Below are positions 27,925 through 36,025 of a stretch of 45,218 bases of DNA, in pieces. The notes below the pieces were generated by a model that saw only the letters and a list, made by a program, of their open reading frames with translations, ran no database searches and was not told the DNA's origin. How positions within the stretch are numbered: position 1 is the first letter of the stretch; each line of letters begins with the position of its first letter. Origin of the DNA: an uncultured Chloroflexota bacterium (GTDB taxonomy: Bacteria; Chloroflexota; Anaerolineae; Anaerolineales; UBA4823); assembly GCA_903871905.1 (NCBI GenBank), contig CAIQIV010000055.1:1-45218 (forward strand), written 5' to 3'. The position numbers were made by a program, and so were the translations under genes.

Positions 27925-28836
27925 CTATTGCTGCGCCAGGATGCCGTCGATAAAGGCATCCGGGTCAAAAGGCTGCAGGTCATCCGGCTTCTCGCCCAGG
28001 CCGGCGAAAAAGATGGGCAGCTTAAGCTCGCGCTGGATAGCAAAAGCCATCCCGCCGCGTGCCGATGAATCCAGCTTGGCCAGCACCACGCCGGTGACCT
28101 TCACCGCATCCTTGAACGCCCGGGCCTGCTGCAGGGCGTTCTGACCGGTGGTGGCGTCCATAACCAGCCACACGTGGTGCGGCGCGCCGGGCATGGATTT
28201 GCCCACCACCCGGTATACTTTCTTCAGCTCTTCCATCAGGTTGAAGCGCGTGTGCAGGCGCCCGGCAGTGTCGATGATCACCACCTCCGAGCCGCGGGAC
28301 ATGGCAGCCTGCACCGTGTCATAAGCCACCGCCCCAGCGTCCCCACCCATTTGCCCGGATATGATCGGCAGGTTCAGGCGTCCTGCCCAGGTCTCAAGCT
28401 GGTCAACCGCTGCGGCGCGGTAGGTATCCGCCGCGCCCAGCATCACCCGCTTGTTTTGCTGGGTAAAATATTGGCCCAGCTTGGCGATGGTGGTGGTCTT
28501 GCCCGAGCCGTTGACCCCAACGATCAGGATCACGGTGGGGCTCGCCGGCAGTTCAATGGGCGGCGGCGCAGCCAGCTGCTTGCGCAGCTCATCGCGCAGC
28601 GCAGCCCACAGGTCCCTGGTGCGCACGATGCCTTCGCTGTCGGCGCGCTTTTCCAGGGCATCCAGCACCACGTCGGTGGTCTCGATCCCCAGGTCAGCCT
28701 GGATCAAGGCCGCCTCCAGCTCTTCCCAGGTCTCCGGGGTGACTTCCGCCGCGCCCAGGATGGTAGCGATCTGACCAAAGGCGGCTTTGCTGGTGCGCGC
28801 CAGGCCTTCTTTCCATTTATCGAAGAGATTTGCCAT
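27925..28836 (-). CDS. ftsY: Signal recognition particle receptor FtsY (short form, NG domain only)
   Basis: 'VGVNGSGKTTTIAKLG', 'DTAGRLH', 'LAKLDSSARGG'. Confidence 0.95.
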   Translation of the reverse strand: MANLFDKWKEGLARTSKAAFGQIATILGAAEVTPETWEELEAALIQADLGIETTDVVLDALEKRADSEGIVRTRDLWAALRDELRKQLAAPPPIELPASPTVILIVGVNGSGKTTTIAKLGQYFTQQNKRVMLGAADTYRAAAVDQLETWAGRLNLPIISGQMGGDAGAVAYDTVQAAMSRGSEVVIIDTAGRLHTRFNLMEELKKVYRVVGKSMPGAPHHVWLVMDATTGQNALQQARAFKDAVKVTGVVLAKLDSSARGGMAFAIQRELKLPIFFAGLGEKPDDLQPFDPDAFIDGILAQQ

Positions 28837-28880
28837 AAATCAGGTTATCCAAATTCGAGATGGGTGTTACCAAAAGGTAC

Positions 28881-28909
28881 ATTATATCCGATAGTGATAT
28901 AATTGTCAC
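28881..28909 (-). promoter_or_regulatory. Candidate sigma-70-type promoter for ftsY-prfB
   Basis: On the minus strand: GTGACA, a 17-nt spacer, then TATAAT. Confidence 0.4.
28895..28903 (+). promoter_or_regulatory. Candidate extended -10 promoter (TGATATAAT) for the M32 carboxypeptidase gene
   Basis: Matches TGnTATAAT on the plus strand, inside the spacer of the divergent ftsY promoter. Confidence 0.35.
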
Positions 28910-28965
28910 ATGCGGAAGGGTCGAGAGCAATGAGCACCATCCGGCGAGCACAGGGAGTGCATGGA

Positions 28966-28999
28966 CCGTCCAGCAGAGCTGGACGGGTTTGTTCGTCTC
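28966..28999 (+). promoter_or_regulatory. Terminator-like hairpin in the 5' leader of the carboxypeptidase gene (possible attenuator)
   Basis: CCGTCCAG-CAGAG-CTGGACGG followed by GTTTGTTCGTCTC. It lies between the candidate promoter and the SD GAGGAGG (29007-29013). Confidence 0.35.
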
Positions 29000-29021
29000 G
29001 GGGGCGAGGAGGATAATAGTC

Positions 29022-30533
29022 ATGGAGCAAAAACTGCAGGAGCTGAAGATGCGCCTGGCCGAAGCAGCTGACCTGGATGCTGCTGCCGCCTTGCTGACCT
29101 GGGACCAATCGACCTACATGCCGCCCGGCGGGGCTCTGGCCCGGGCGCGGCAGTTGGCCACCCTAACGCGCCTGTACCATGAACGGTTCACCGACCCGGC
29201 AGTTGGCCGTTTGCTGGATGACCTGCGGCCGTACGAGGAAAGCTTGCCCTATGATTCGGACGATGCCAGCCTGGTTCGCGTCACCCGCCGCGAGTTTGAG
29301 CGCATGACGCGCATCCCCTCCGATTTCCTGGGCGATTTCTACCAGCACAGCTCCTCGGCTTACCAGGCATGGACCCAGGCGCACAAGGAGAACGACTTCC
29401 AGCGCATGATTCCCTTTCTGGAGAAAACGCTGGAGCTCAGCCGCCGGCTGGCCAACTTCTTCCCTGGTTACCAGCACATCGCCGACCCGCTGATCGATTT
29501 CGCTGATTATGGCATGAAAGCTTCGGCCCTGCGACAGTTGTTTGCCACCCTGCGCCAGCATCTCTCCCCCCTGGTGCTGGCCATCGCCGCCCAGCCGCCG
29601 ATTGACGATTCCTGCCTCTTCAAGCGCTACCCCGAGGAGCGGCAGCTCGCCTTTGGCTCAGCGGTGATCCGCCGCATGGGTTATGACTTTGACCGCGGGC
29701 GGCAGGATAAAACGCACCACCCCTTTACCACCAAGTTCTCGCTGGGCGACGTACGCATCACCACCCGCGTGCAGGAGAACTACCTGGGCGACGCCTTGTT
29801 CAGTACCATCCACGAAGCAGGTCACGCCATCTATGAGCAGGGTATCCCCATGGCGTTTGAAGGCACCACCCTGGCCGGCGGTACCTCCTCCGGGGTGCAT
29901 GAAAGCCAGTCGCGCCTGTTTGAAAACATCGTCGGGCGCAGCCGCAGTTTCTGGCATTACTATTACCCCAGCCTGCAGGACATGTTCCCCGAGCAGCTGC
30001 GGGAGGTACCGGAGGAGGCTTTCTACGCCGCCATCAACAAGGTCACCCCATCCTTTATCCGCACTGACGCCGATGAGGTGACCTACAACCTGCACATCAT
30101 TTTGCGTTTTGACCTGGAGCTGGACCTGCTGGAAGGCAGGCTGGAGGTCAAGGACCTTCCCAGGGCCTGGCACGAGCGCTTTGATCAGGACTTAGGTCTG
30201 GTCGTGCCGGATGACGCCCGGGGTGTGATGCAGGACGTCCACTGGTTCGGCGGATGGATCGGCGGCGTGTTCCAGGGGTATACTCTGGGCAACCTGTTGA
30301 GCGCACAGTTCCTGGAAGCGGCGCTGCAGGCCCATCCTGAGATCCCCGGTGAGATCAGCCAGGGCCAGTTTGGCACACTGCACGCCTGGCTAAAGGAAAA
30401 CATTTACCAGCATGGCCGTAAATTCACCGAGCCAGAGCTGGTCCAACGGGTGACTGGAGAGCCGATCCGGGTTGAGCCCTTTATCCAATACCTGCACCAG
30501 AAATACGACGCGTTGTATCATCTGAACACCTAA
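29022..30533 (+). CDS. Carboxypeptidase Taq-type (M32) metallopeptidase
   Basis: 'HHPFTT', zinc motif 'HEAGHAIYEQG', 'HESQSRLFEN', 'IRTDADEVTYNLHIILRF'. ATG 29022 follows GAGGAGG. The track ORF 28860.. is over-extended. Confidence 0.92.
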   Translation: MEQKLQELKMRLAEAADLDAAAALLTWDQSTYMPPGGALARARQLATLTRLYHERFTDPAVGRLLDDLRPYEESLPYDSDDASLVRVTRREFERMTRIPSDFLGDFYQHSSSAYQAWTQAHKENDFQRMIPFLEKTLELSRRLANFFPGYQHIADPLIDFADYGMKASALRQLFATLRQHLSPLVLAIAAQPPIDDSCLFKRYPEERQLAFGSAVIRRMGYDFDRGRQDKTHHPFTTKFSLGDVRITTRVQENYLGDALFSTIHEAGHAIYEQGIPMAFEGTTLAGGTSSGVHESQSRLFENIVGRSRSFWHYYYPSLQDMFPEQLREVPEEAFYAAINKVTPSFIRTDADEVTYNLHIILRFDLELDLLEGRLEVKDLPRAWHERFDQDLGLVVPDDARGVMQDVHWFGGWIGGVFQGYTLGNLLSAQFLEAALQAHPEIPGEISQGQFGTLHAWLKENIYQHGRKFTEPELVQRVTGEPIRVEPFIQYLHQKYDALYHLNT

Positions 30534-30560
30534 ACCCCGGATAGGACACAGCCCCCGCTC

Positions 30561-31559
30561 ATGAAGAAGCCCCTCATCCTGATCCTTGCCACTCTGCTCC
30601 TGACCGCCTGTGCTGGTCCTGTTCCCACCCCCCTCTCCCCATCCCAGATGGCCACGGTCATCGCCCGCACCGTAGCCGCCTCGATCAAGCTCAATGCCGC
30701 CCTGCCCCAGACGCCTGCCCCCCCGGGCGGGACGCCAAAAGCTGTTCCATCCTGGCCCAAGTCATCGCCCACGCCGCCCCCCACCCGCACTCGCACCCCG
30801 ACCTTCACCGCAACCAACCCCTCTCCCTCGAACTGTGCCTTTCCGCAGTCTGCCAGCGAGACGCTGCGGGTCACCCGCGTGCTGAACCCTGGCACCATCG
30901 AGGGGGTGCTGAACGACCGGCTGGTCCAGGTGCAGCTGATCGGCGTGGCAAACAGCGACCCGGCGCAGATCGCCGTAGACTTCAGTCCACAGGCCATGCT
31001 GCATGTCGCAGATTGGGTCGCCGGCCAGGAGCTGACCCTGGTCAAGGATACTTCAGACCACGACCTGCGCAACCGCCTTCCCCGTTATGTCTTCGCCGGC
31101 AAGCTTTTTGTGAACTATGAGTTGATTCGCCTGGGAGACGCCCGATCCCGCCCGGCTGAGCCTGACCTGGCCTGCCTGGCTACCCTGCAGCAGGCTGAGG
31201 CAGAAGCGCGTCTGCAGCAGGTTGGCTTGTGGAAGCCGGTCTATCCTCCCACCAATACCCCCACCCCGCAGCCTGGCCTGGGGTCCTCTGCCACCCCCGA
31301 CCTGCCCGGCCCCGGCACAGTGGTCGCCACCTTTCCGGTGTACGCCACACCCACCCCGCTACCCAGCCCTACCAGCCTGGCTGAGCCCTGCGCCTGCGGC
31401 GGCGCAGACCTGAGCTGCCATGACTTTTCCTCCCGCCAGGCAGCCCAGGCCTGCTTTGATTACTGCCAATCAAAGGGGATGGGTGATATCTTCCAGATCG
31501 ACGGCGACCAGAACGGCCGCGCCTGCGAGCTGGCCCGTTACCCCACCCCCACCCCGTAA
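30561..31559 (+). CDS. Lipoprotein with thermonuclease (SNase-like) domain and C-terminal Excalibur calcium-binding domain
   Basis: Lipobox 'LLLTAC'. Pro/Thr-rich linkers. SNase-like 'VTRVLNPGTIEG...VQLIGV...RYVFAGKLFVNYELIRLGDA'. Excalibur 'CHDFSSRQAAQACFDYC...IDGDQNGRACE'. Confidence 0.75.
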   Translation: MKKPLILILATLLLTACAGPVPTPLSPSQMATVIARTVAASIKLNAALPQTPAPPGGTPKAVPSWPKSSPTPPPTRTRTPTFTATNPSPSNCAFPQSASETLRVTRVLNPGTIEGVLNDRLVQVQLIGVANSDPAQIAVDFSPQAMLHVADWVAGQELTLVKDTSDHDLRNRLPRYVFAGKLFVNYELIRLGDARSRPAEPDLACLATLQQAEAEARLQQVGLWKPVYPPTNTPTPQPGLGSSATPDLPGPGTVVATFPVYATPTPLPSPTSLAEPCACGGADLSCHDFSSRQAAQACFDYCQSKGMGDIFQIDGDQNGRACELARYPTPTP

Positions 31560-31568
31560 CCCCGCTGC

Positions 31569-32210
31569 TTAACGTACAACCTTGAACTGAAAGTTCGGGC
31601 TGCCGAACTTCATGAACAAGCGCACCCACAGCGCCAGCAGAGCCTCGGTTCCCCGGGCAGTAGTGATGTCGCCCACATCAATGATATCCCGCCAGCCAAA
31701 CCACTCGCCAAACAAGTGCCTCACCTGCTCCTTGGCCTGATCGTCGTTTCCGCTCATAAACAGGGTATGATCGCCGCCTGCCAGCGATCCGGGGTTGACC
31801 ATCAGGTTGGCGTTCAAGGTGTTTAAGGTCTTGATCACCTTCATCTGCGGAAAGGCTGCCTGGATCTGCTCACCCAACGAGTCGGTGTTGCACACGTACA
31901 GGCTGGGCGGCATGCCTCGCGAGAAATCCAGGGGATTCGAGATATCGATCAGGGTTTTCCCCTGCAGACTGCCTGCATCAACGGAGCTCAGCACCTCCAG
32001 GGTTGCCTCGCCCTTGAGAGCGTTGAATAACACCTCCCCATAGGCAGCCGCCTGGCTGAACGAGCCCATCTGCACTCCTGGAACCCGGGCGGCAAAATCT
32101 TTTACCTTTTCCGGGTTGCGCGAGCTGATCATCACCTGCTGCCCGCGCTCCACCAGCTTAGAGGCAATCGCCTGCCCCACCATACCTGAGCCTAAAACGC
32201 CTATCTTCAT
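31569..32210 (-). CDS. NAD(P)-binding oxidoreductase (NADPH-dependent F420 reductase / NpdG-like family)
   Basis: Rossmann motif 'MKIGVLGSGMVGQAIASKL', with length and C-terminal pattern typical of the F420_oxidored family. GAGGTGA SD. Confidence 0.65.
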   Translation of the reverse strand: MKIGVLGSGMVGQAIASKLVERGQQVMISSRNPEKVKDFAARVPGVQMGSFSQAAAYGEVLFNALKGEATLEVLSSVDAGSLQGKTLIDISNPLDFSRGMPPSLYVCNTDSLGEQIQAAFPQMKVIKTLNTLNANLMVNPGSLAGGDHTLFMSGNDDQAKEQVRHLFGEWFGWRDIIDVGDITTARGTEALLALWVRLFMKFGSPNFQFKVVR

Positions 32211-32250
32211 CTTTCACCTCATACCTGGATATTCTTGGACTTTTGGTGTA

Positions 32251-32273
32251 TCATACGATACAGGTCTGTATCA
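32251..32273. promoter_or_regulatory. Putative TetR operator, copy A (TCATACGATACAGGTCTGTATCA)
   Basis: Contains the inverted repeat GATACAG-GT-CTGTATC (32257-32272). Lies in the divergent intergenic region. Confidence 0.5.
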
Positions 32274-32282
32274 ACCCCAACA

Positions 32283-32305
32283 TTATACGATACCGATCTG
32301 TATCA
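32283..32305. promoter_or_regulatory. Putative TetR operator, copy B (TTATACGATACCGATCTGTATCA)
   Basis: 20 of 23 positions match copy A. Offset 32 bp from copy A. Contains GATAC-N6-GTATC and ends 15 nt before the TetR ATG. Confidence 0.5.
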
Positions 32306-32320
32306 TGTCAAGAGGCAATA

Positions 32321-32893
32321 ATGTCCAATTCCGTTTCCCGCCAGAAGATTCTTGACACTGCGGCTGACCTGTTCTACCGCGAGGGCTTCCGCGCCACCGG
32401 CGTGGACACGCTGGCAGCCGCTTCCGGGACAGGCAAGATGACCCTGTACCGCCACTTCGCCACAAAGGATGAGTTGATCGCCGCCTACCTGGAGCACAGT
32501 AACCAACAGTTCTGGAGCTGGTTCGAGAGCGCTACTGCCGGCGCCAGTACCCCGCGGGCGCGGATCCTGGCCTTCTTCACTGCCCTGGAGAGCCTGGTCA
32601 ACCAGCCCACCTGCCACGGCTGTCCCTTTCTCAACGCTGCGGTGGATTTTCCGGATAGCGACCATCCTGGGCACCGCCTGGCCATGGAACACAAGGATGC
32701 CGTGCGCCGGCGTTTCCGTCAGCTTTCCAGGGAAGCCGGGGCCAGCGATCCCGACCTGCTGGCCGATCACCTGCTGCTGTTGATGGACGGCGCCTTCATG
32801 GCGGTGCGCATGTACGGGTCGCAGAACCCTGCGTCACATGTCGCCAGGGCCGCCCGGGTGCTGCTCGACGCTGCAGGCCCCACCGGCGCCTGA
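32321..32893 (+). CDS. TetR/AcrR family transcriptional regulator
   Basis: HTH region 'ILDTAADLFYREGFRATGVDTLAAASGTGKMTLYRHFATKDELI'. Start at ATG 32321. Confidence 0.9.
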   Translation: MSNSVSRQKILDTAADLFYREGFRATGVDTLAAASGTGKMTLYRHFATKDELIAAYLEHSNQQFWSWFESATAGASTPRARILAFFTALESLVNQPTCHGCPFLNAAVDFPDSDHPGHRLAMEHKDAVRRRFRQLSREAGASDPDLLADHLLLLMDGAFMAVRMYGSQNPASHVARAARVLLDAAGPTGA

Positions 32894-32897
32894 CCCG

Positions 32898-34142
32898 ATG
32901 CCAGCTCACCCCTTCATGTATAGCCTGTATTTCCACATCCCCTTCTGCCGCAGCCGCTGCGGTTACTGCGATTTCAACACATATGCCGGGCTGGAGCGGC
33001 TGATCCCGGCTTATCTCCATGCTTTGGAGCAGGAGATCAGGCATGCTGAGCTGCAAGCCGCCGGGCGGCTCAAGGTGCATACCCTGTTCTTCGGCGGCGG
33101 AACCCCCTCCCTGCTGCCCCTGACTGGCCTGGAGCGCATCTTGTCAGTATTACACGCCGCTTTCGACCTGGATCCGCGGGCCGAGATCACCCTGGAAGCC
33201 AATCCTGGCACCCTATCTTTCAATTATCTGCAAGGTCTGAAAGCCCTGGGAGTGAACCGCCTGAGCCTGGGGATGCAGTCTGCCCGCCCCGAAGAGCTGC
33301 GCCTGCTGGAGCGCCAGCACACCTACCTGGAGGTGATCCAGGCAGCTGCCTGGGCGCGCCAGGCCGGGCTGGAGAACTTCAACCTGGACCTGATCTTCGG
33401 TCTGCCGCACCAGGACCTGGAAAGCTGGGCACACAGCCTGGAAATGGCGCTGAGATTGCACCCGGCGCATCTCTCCCTGTATGCCCTGACCGTGGAGCAC
33501 GGAACCCCCCTTCAGCGCTGGATCGACCGCGGCCTGCTGGCAGATCCTGACCCTGACCTGGCGGCGGACATGTATGAGCATGCCGCCGGGCGGCTGGAAC
33601 AGGCTGGGTACCTGCAGTACGAGATCTCCAACTGGGGCCGGCTGGAGCCCGCCCGCCTGTCAGAATTGGGAAGCGGTTTCTCCAGGGGGTACTATGCAGC
33701 TGCCGTCTGCCAGCACAACCTGCAGTACTGGCGCGGCCTGCCCTACCTGGGTTTCGGCGCCGGGGCGCACGGCTACGCAGCCGGGGTGCGCACGGAGAAC
33801 GTCCTGTCGCCCGCTGCCTATATCCAGCGCATGCAGCAACCAGGACCGGCAGTCGGAGCCTTTCCCCTCACCCCGGCCACCATCGGATCCAGGGTGGTTG
33901 GGCTGGACGATGAGATTGCCGAGACGATGATGATGGGCCTGCGCCTGGTGCAGGAAGGGATCTCCACAACCGGGTTCAAGACCCGCTTCGGGATGACTTT
34001 AGAACACAGGTTTAGCCAGGAAATAGAAGAACTCACCCGCCTGGGGTTGCTGGAATGGCAGGGCAGCGGCGCACAAAGCCGCCTGCGCCTGTCCCCCAGG
34101 GGCCGCCTGCTCGGCAACCAGGTGTTTATGCGTTTCGTTTGA
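32898..34142 (+). CDS. hemW: Radical SAM family heme chaperone HemW (oxygen-independent coproporphyrinogen oxidase-like)
   Basis: 'LYFHIPFCRSRCGYCDFNTY' (CxxxCxxC), 'FFGGGTPS', and a C-terminal HemN_C-like region. Confidence 0.85.
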   Translation: MPAHPFMYSLYFHIPFCRSRCGYCDFNTYAGLERLIPAYLHALEQEIRHAELQAAGRLKVHTLFFGGGTPSLLPLTGLERILSVLHAAFDLDPRAEITLEANPGTLSFNYLQGLKALGVNRLSLGMQSARPEELRLLERQHTYLEVIQAAAWARQAGLENFNLDLIFGLPHQDLESWAHSLEMALRLHPAHLSLYALTVEHGTPLQRWIDRGLLADPDPDLAADMYEHAAGRLEQAGYLQYEISNWGRLEPARLSELGSGFSRGYYAAAVCQHNLQYWRGLPYLGFGAGAHGYAAGVRTENVLSPAAYIQRMQQPGPAVGAFPLTPATIGSRVVGLDDEIAETMMMGLRLVQEGISTTGFKTRFGMTLEHRFSQEIEELTRLGLLEWQGSGAQSRLRLSPRGRLLGNQVFMRFV

Positions 34143-35172
34143 GCAGCAGCAGTGCCAGCTCGCGCAGGGCGCTTCCGGCTTCACCGCCGGGATGAGCCTG
34201 CTCCAGCGCATCCAGCGCCTGCCCGGTGAGCTGGTTGGCTTTCTCCTGGGTATAGGCTCGGGCGCCCTCCGCTTCCAGTTGGCGCGCCAGTTCCGGCACC
34301 TCAGCCGCCATCAGCGGGCCATGGCGCCAGCGCCGGGCAAACGCCCCGCCCTGTTCCAGGGCAAACAACACCGGCAGGCTCTTCTTCCCCTCCACCAGGT
34401 CGCTGTCCGCCGATTTGCCGGTCAGCGCCTCATCCCCCCAGATGCCCAGCAGGTCATCCTGGGCCTGGAAAGCCAACCCCAAAGAGAAGCCAAACAGTCG
34501 GTATGCCGTGCGGTCAGGCTGGCTGGCGCCGCCAATCAGCGCCCCCATCTCGGTGCAGGCAGCCAGCAAGGCAGCCGTTTTACCGCTGACCATTGGCCAG
34601 TAATCGTCCAGGGTCAGGTCCTGCCGCCCCTCGTAGGAGATATCCAGATACTGGCCCTGGGTGAGTTTCAGGATCGCCTGCAGCAGCAGTTGGTAAGCCT
34701 CCATGGCGATTGACGGGCCGCAGGTCTCCTCCAGCCGGTGCAGGGCAATAAACGCCAGGGCATACATGGTATCCCCAGCATTGATCGCCTGCGGGATGCC
34801 CCATTTCTTCCATACCGTTGGCCGGCCGCGGCGCAGCGGGCTGTTGTCCTGGATGTCATCGTGGATCAAGGAGAAGTTATGGATCAACTCAATGGCAGCT
34901 GCAGCAGGCAGCCCTTTGCGCCAGTCATCAGAAAGTGGGCTCTCATTCCCGGCGCCAACTGCCTGGCTGGCGCCGGTCGCCAGCAGCACCAGCTGTGGCC
35001 GGATGCGCTTACCACTGGCCTCTGGCCCTGAGTCCTCCCCCCGCCAACCCAGGTGATAAGCCTGCATCAAATGAAATTCTTCCATGCCCGGCCCATCCGC
35101 CAGGTCAACGGTTCGCTCCAGTTCGGCTTCAATGGCGGGTAAAAATACCCGGCTTAGTTGTTGCAATGGCAT
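34126..35172 (-). CDS. Polyprenyl diphosphate synthase (trans-isoprenyl diphosphate synthase family; chain length not inferable)
   Basis: First Asp-rich motif 'LIHDDIQDNSPLRRGRPT', second 'FQAQDDLLGIWGD'. The 3' end overlaps the hemW 3' end by 17 nt. Confidence 0.9.
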   Translation of the reverse strand: MPLQQLSRVFLPAIEAELERTVDLADGPGMEEFHLMQAYHLGWRGEDSGPEASGKRIRPQLVLLATGASQAVGAGNESPLSDDWRKGLPAAAAIELIHNFSLIHDDIQDNSPLRRGRPTVWKKWGIPQAINAGDTMYALAFIALHRLEETCGPSIAMEAYQLLLQAILKLTQGQYLDISYEGRQDLTLDDYWPMVSGKTAALLAACTEMGALIGGASQPDRTAYRLFGFSLGLAFQAQDDLLGIWGDEALTGKSADSDLVEGKKSLPVLFALEQGGAFARRWRHGPLMAAEVPELARQLEAEGARAYTQEKANQLTGQALDALEQAHPGGEAGSALRELALLLLKRNA

Positions 35173-35181
35173 ATTTTTCTC

Positions 35182-36009
35182 TCACAAAAAGGTGACGCTT
35201 CCGGTGTCCAGGTTGTAGCGCGCCCCAAAAACTTCCAGCCGGCGGGCGTTGACAAACTCCGCCAGGATCGGCGCGCTGGTCCTTAGCTGGTGGACAGTCT
35301 CGAGGATATTGGTATCAATGGCATTGGCCAGCAGGTCGCCCTGCAGCCCGCGGGCACGCTCCACCGCCGGGGCAATGTGCTCCACCACGTTCTTAATATG
35401 CCCTGGAGCCTCTCCACCATCCACGGTCGCCGATACCGCGCCGCACTTCTGGTGCCCCAAGACCAGGACCAGCGGCGCATTCAAGTGCTCCACCGCATAT
35501 TCGATGCTGCCCAAAGCAATCTCCCCGGCGATGTTTCCCGCCGTGCGCACCACGAAAATATCCCCCACCCCCTGGTCAAAGATCACCTCAGGGGCCACGC
35601 GCGAATCGGAGCAGGTCAGGACCACGGCAAAGGGCGTCTGTCCCCCCAGGGTATCAGCCCGGCGGAAGGCATCCCGCCGCGGGTGCTGCACCTGGCCCGA
35701 GACAAAGCGCTGGTTGCCCTGTAGCAGGAACATCAACCCCTGGGCGGAGGTGAATTTTCCAGTGACTGCAGCAGGCGCAGCGTGGGCAGCTGGAGCGGTA
35801 ACCGCCTCGCCCTGGCCGACCTCTGCAGCCGCCTCCCCTTCCCCCTCGGCGGCCGCGGCCGCTTCGCCCTCCGCTGCGGCCGGCGGTGTGCGGCTGAAGC
35901 GCATGTTGGACCCGGAGCACCCAGCCACTGCCTGGCTCGCCGCTAACGCCCCCAGGCTCACTGCCGACAGGCGCAAAAAATCACGACGGTTAAATTTTCG
36001 CTCTAGCAT
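35182..36009 (-). CDS. Beta-class carbonic anhydrase with Tat signal/lipobox and an Ala/Glu-rich linker (exported paralog)
   Basis: 'NRRDFLRLSAVSLGALAASQAVAGC' (twin-arginine plus lipobox-like). Zinc ligands in 'LTCSDSRV' and 'GHQKCGAV'. Confidence 0.88.
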   Translation of the reverse strand: MLERKFNRRDFLRLSAVSLGALAASQAVAGCSGSNMRFSRTPPAAAEGEAAAAAEGEGEAAAEVGQGEAVTAPAAHAAPAAVTGKFTSAQGLMFLLQGNQRFVSGQVQHPRRDAFRRADTLGGQTPFAVVLTCSDSRVAPEVIFDQGVGDIFVVRTAGNIAGEIALGSIEYAVEHLNAPLVLVLGHQKCGAVSATVDGGEAPGHIKNVVEHIAPAVERARGLQGDLLANAIDTNILETVHQLRTSAPILAEFVNARRLEVFGARYNLDTGSVTFL

Positions 36010-36025
36010 ATGCCAATTCCTACCC

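Noticed and set aside
28912-29020. Small leader ORFs upstream of the M32 gene: 'MRKGREQ*' from ATG 28910 and a 28-codon ORF from ATG 28931.
   Set aside because: Neither has an SD-like sequence or amino-acid bias suggestive of a regulatory leader peptide, and chance ORFs of this size are expected. Only the hairpin was kept as an observation.
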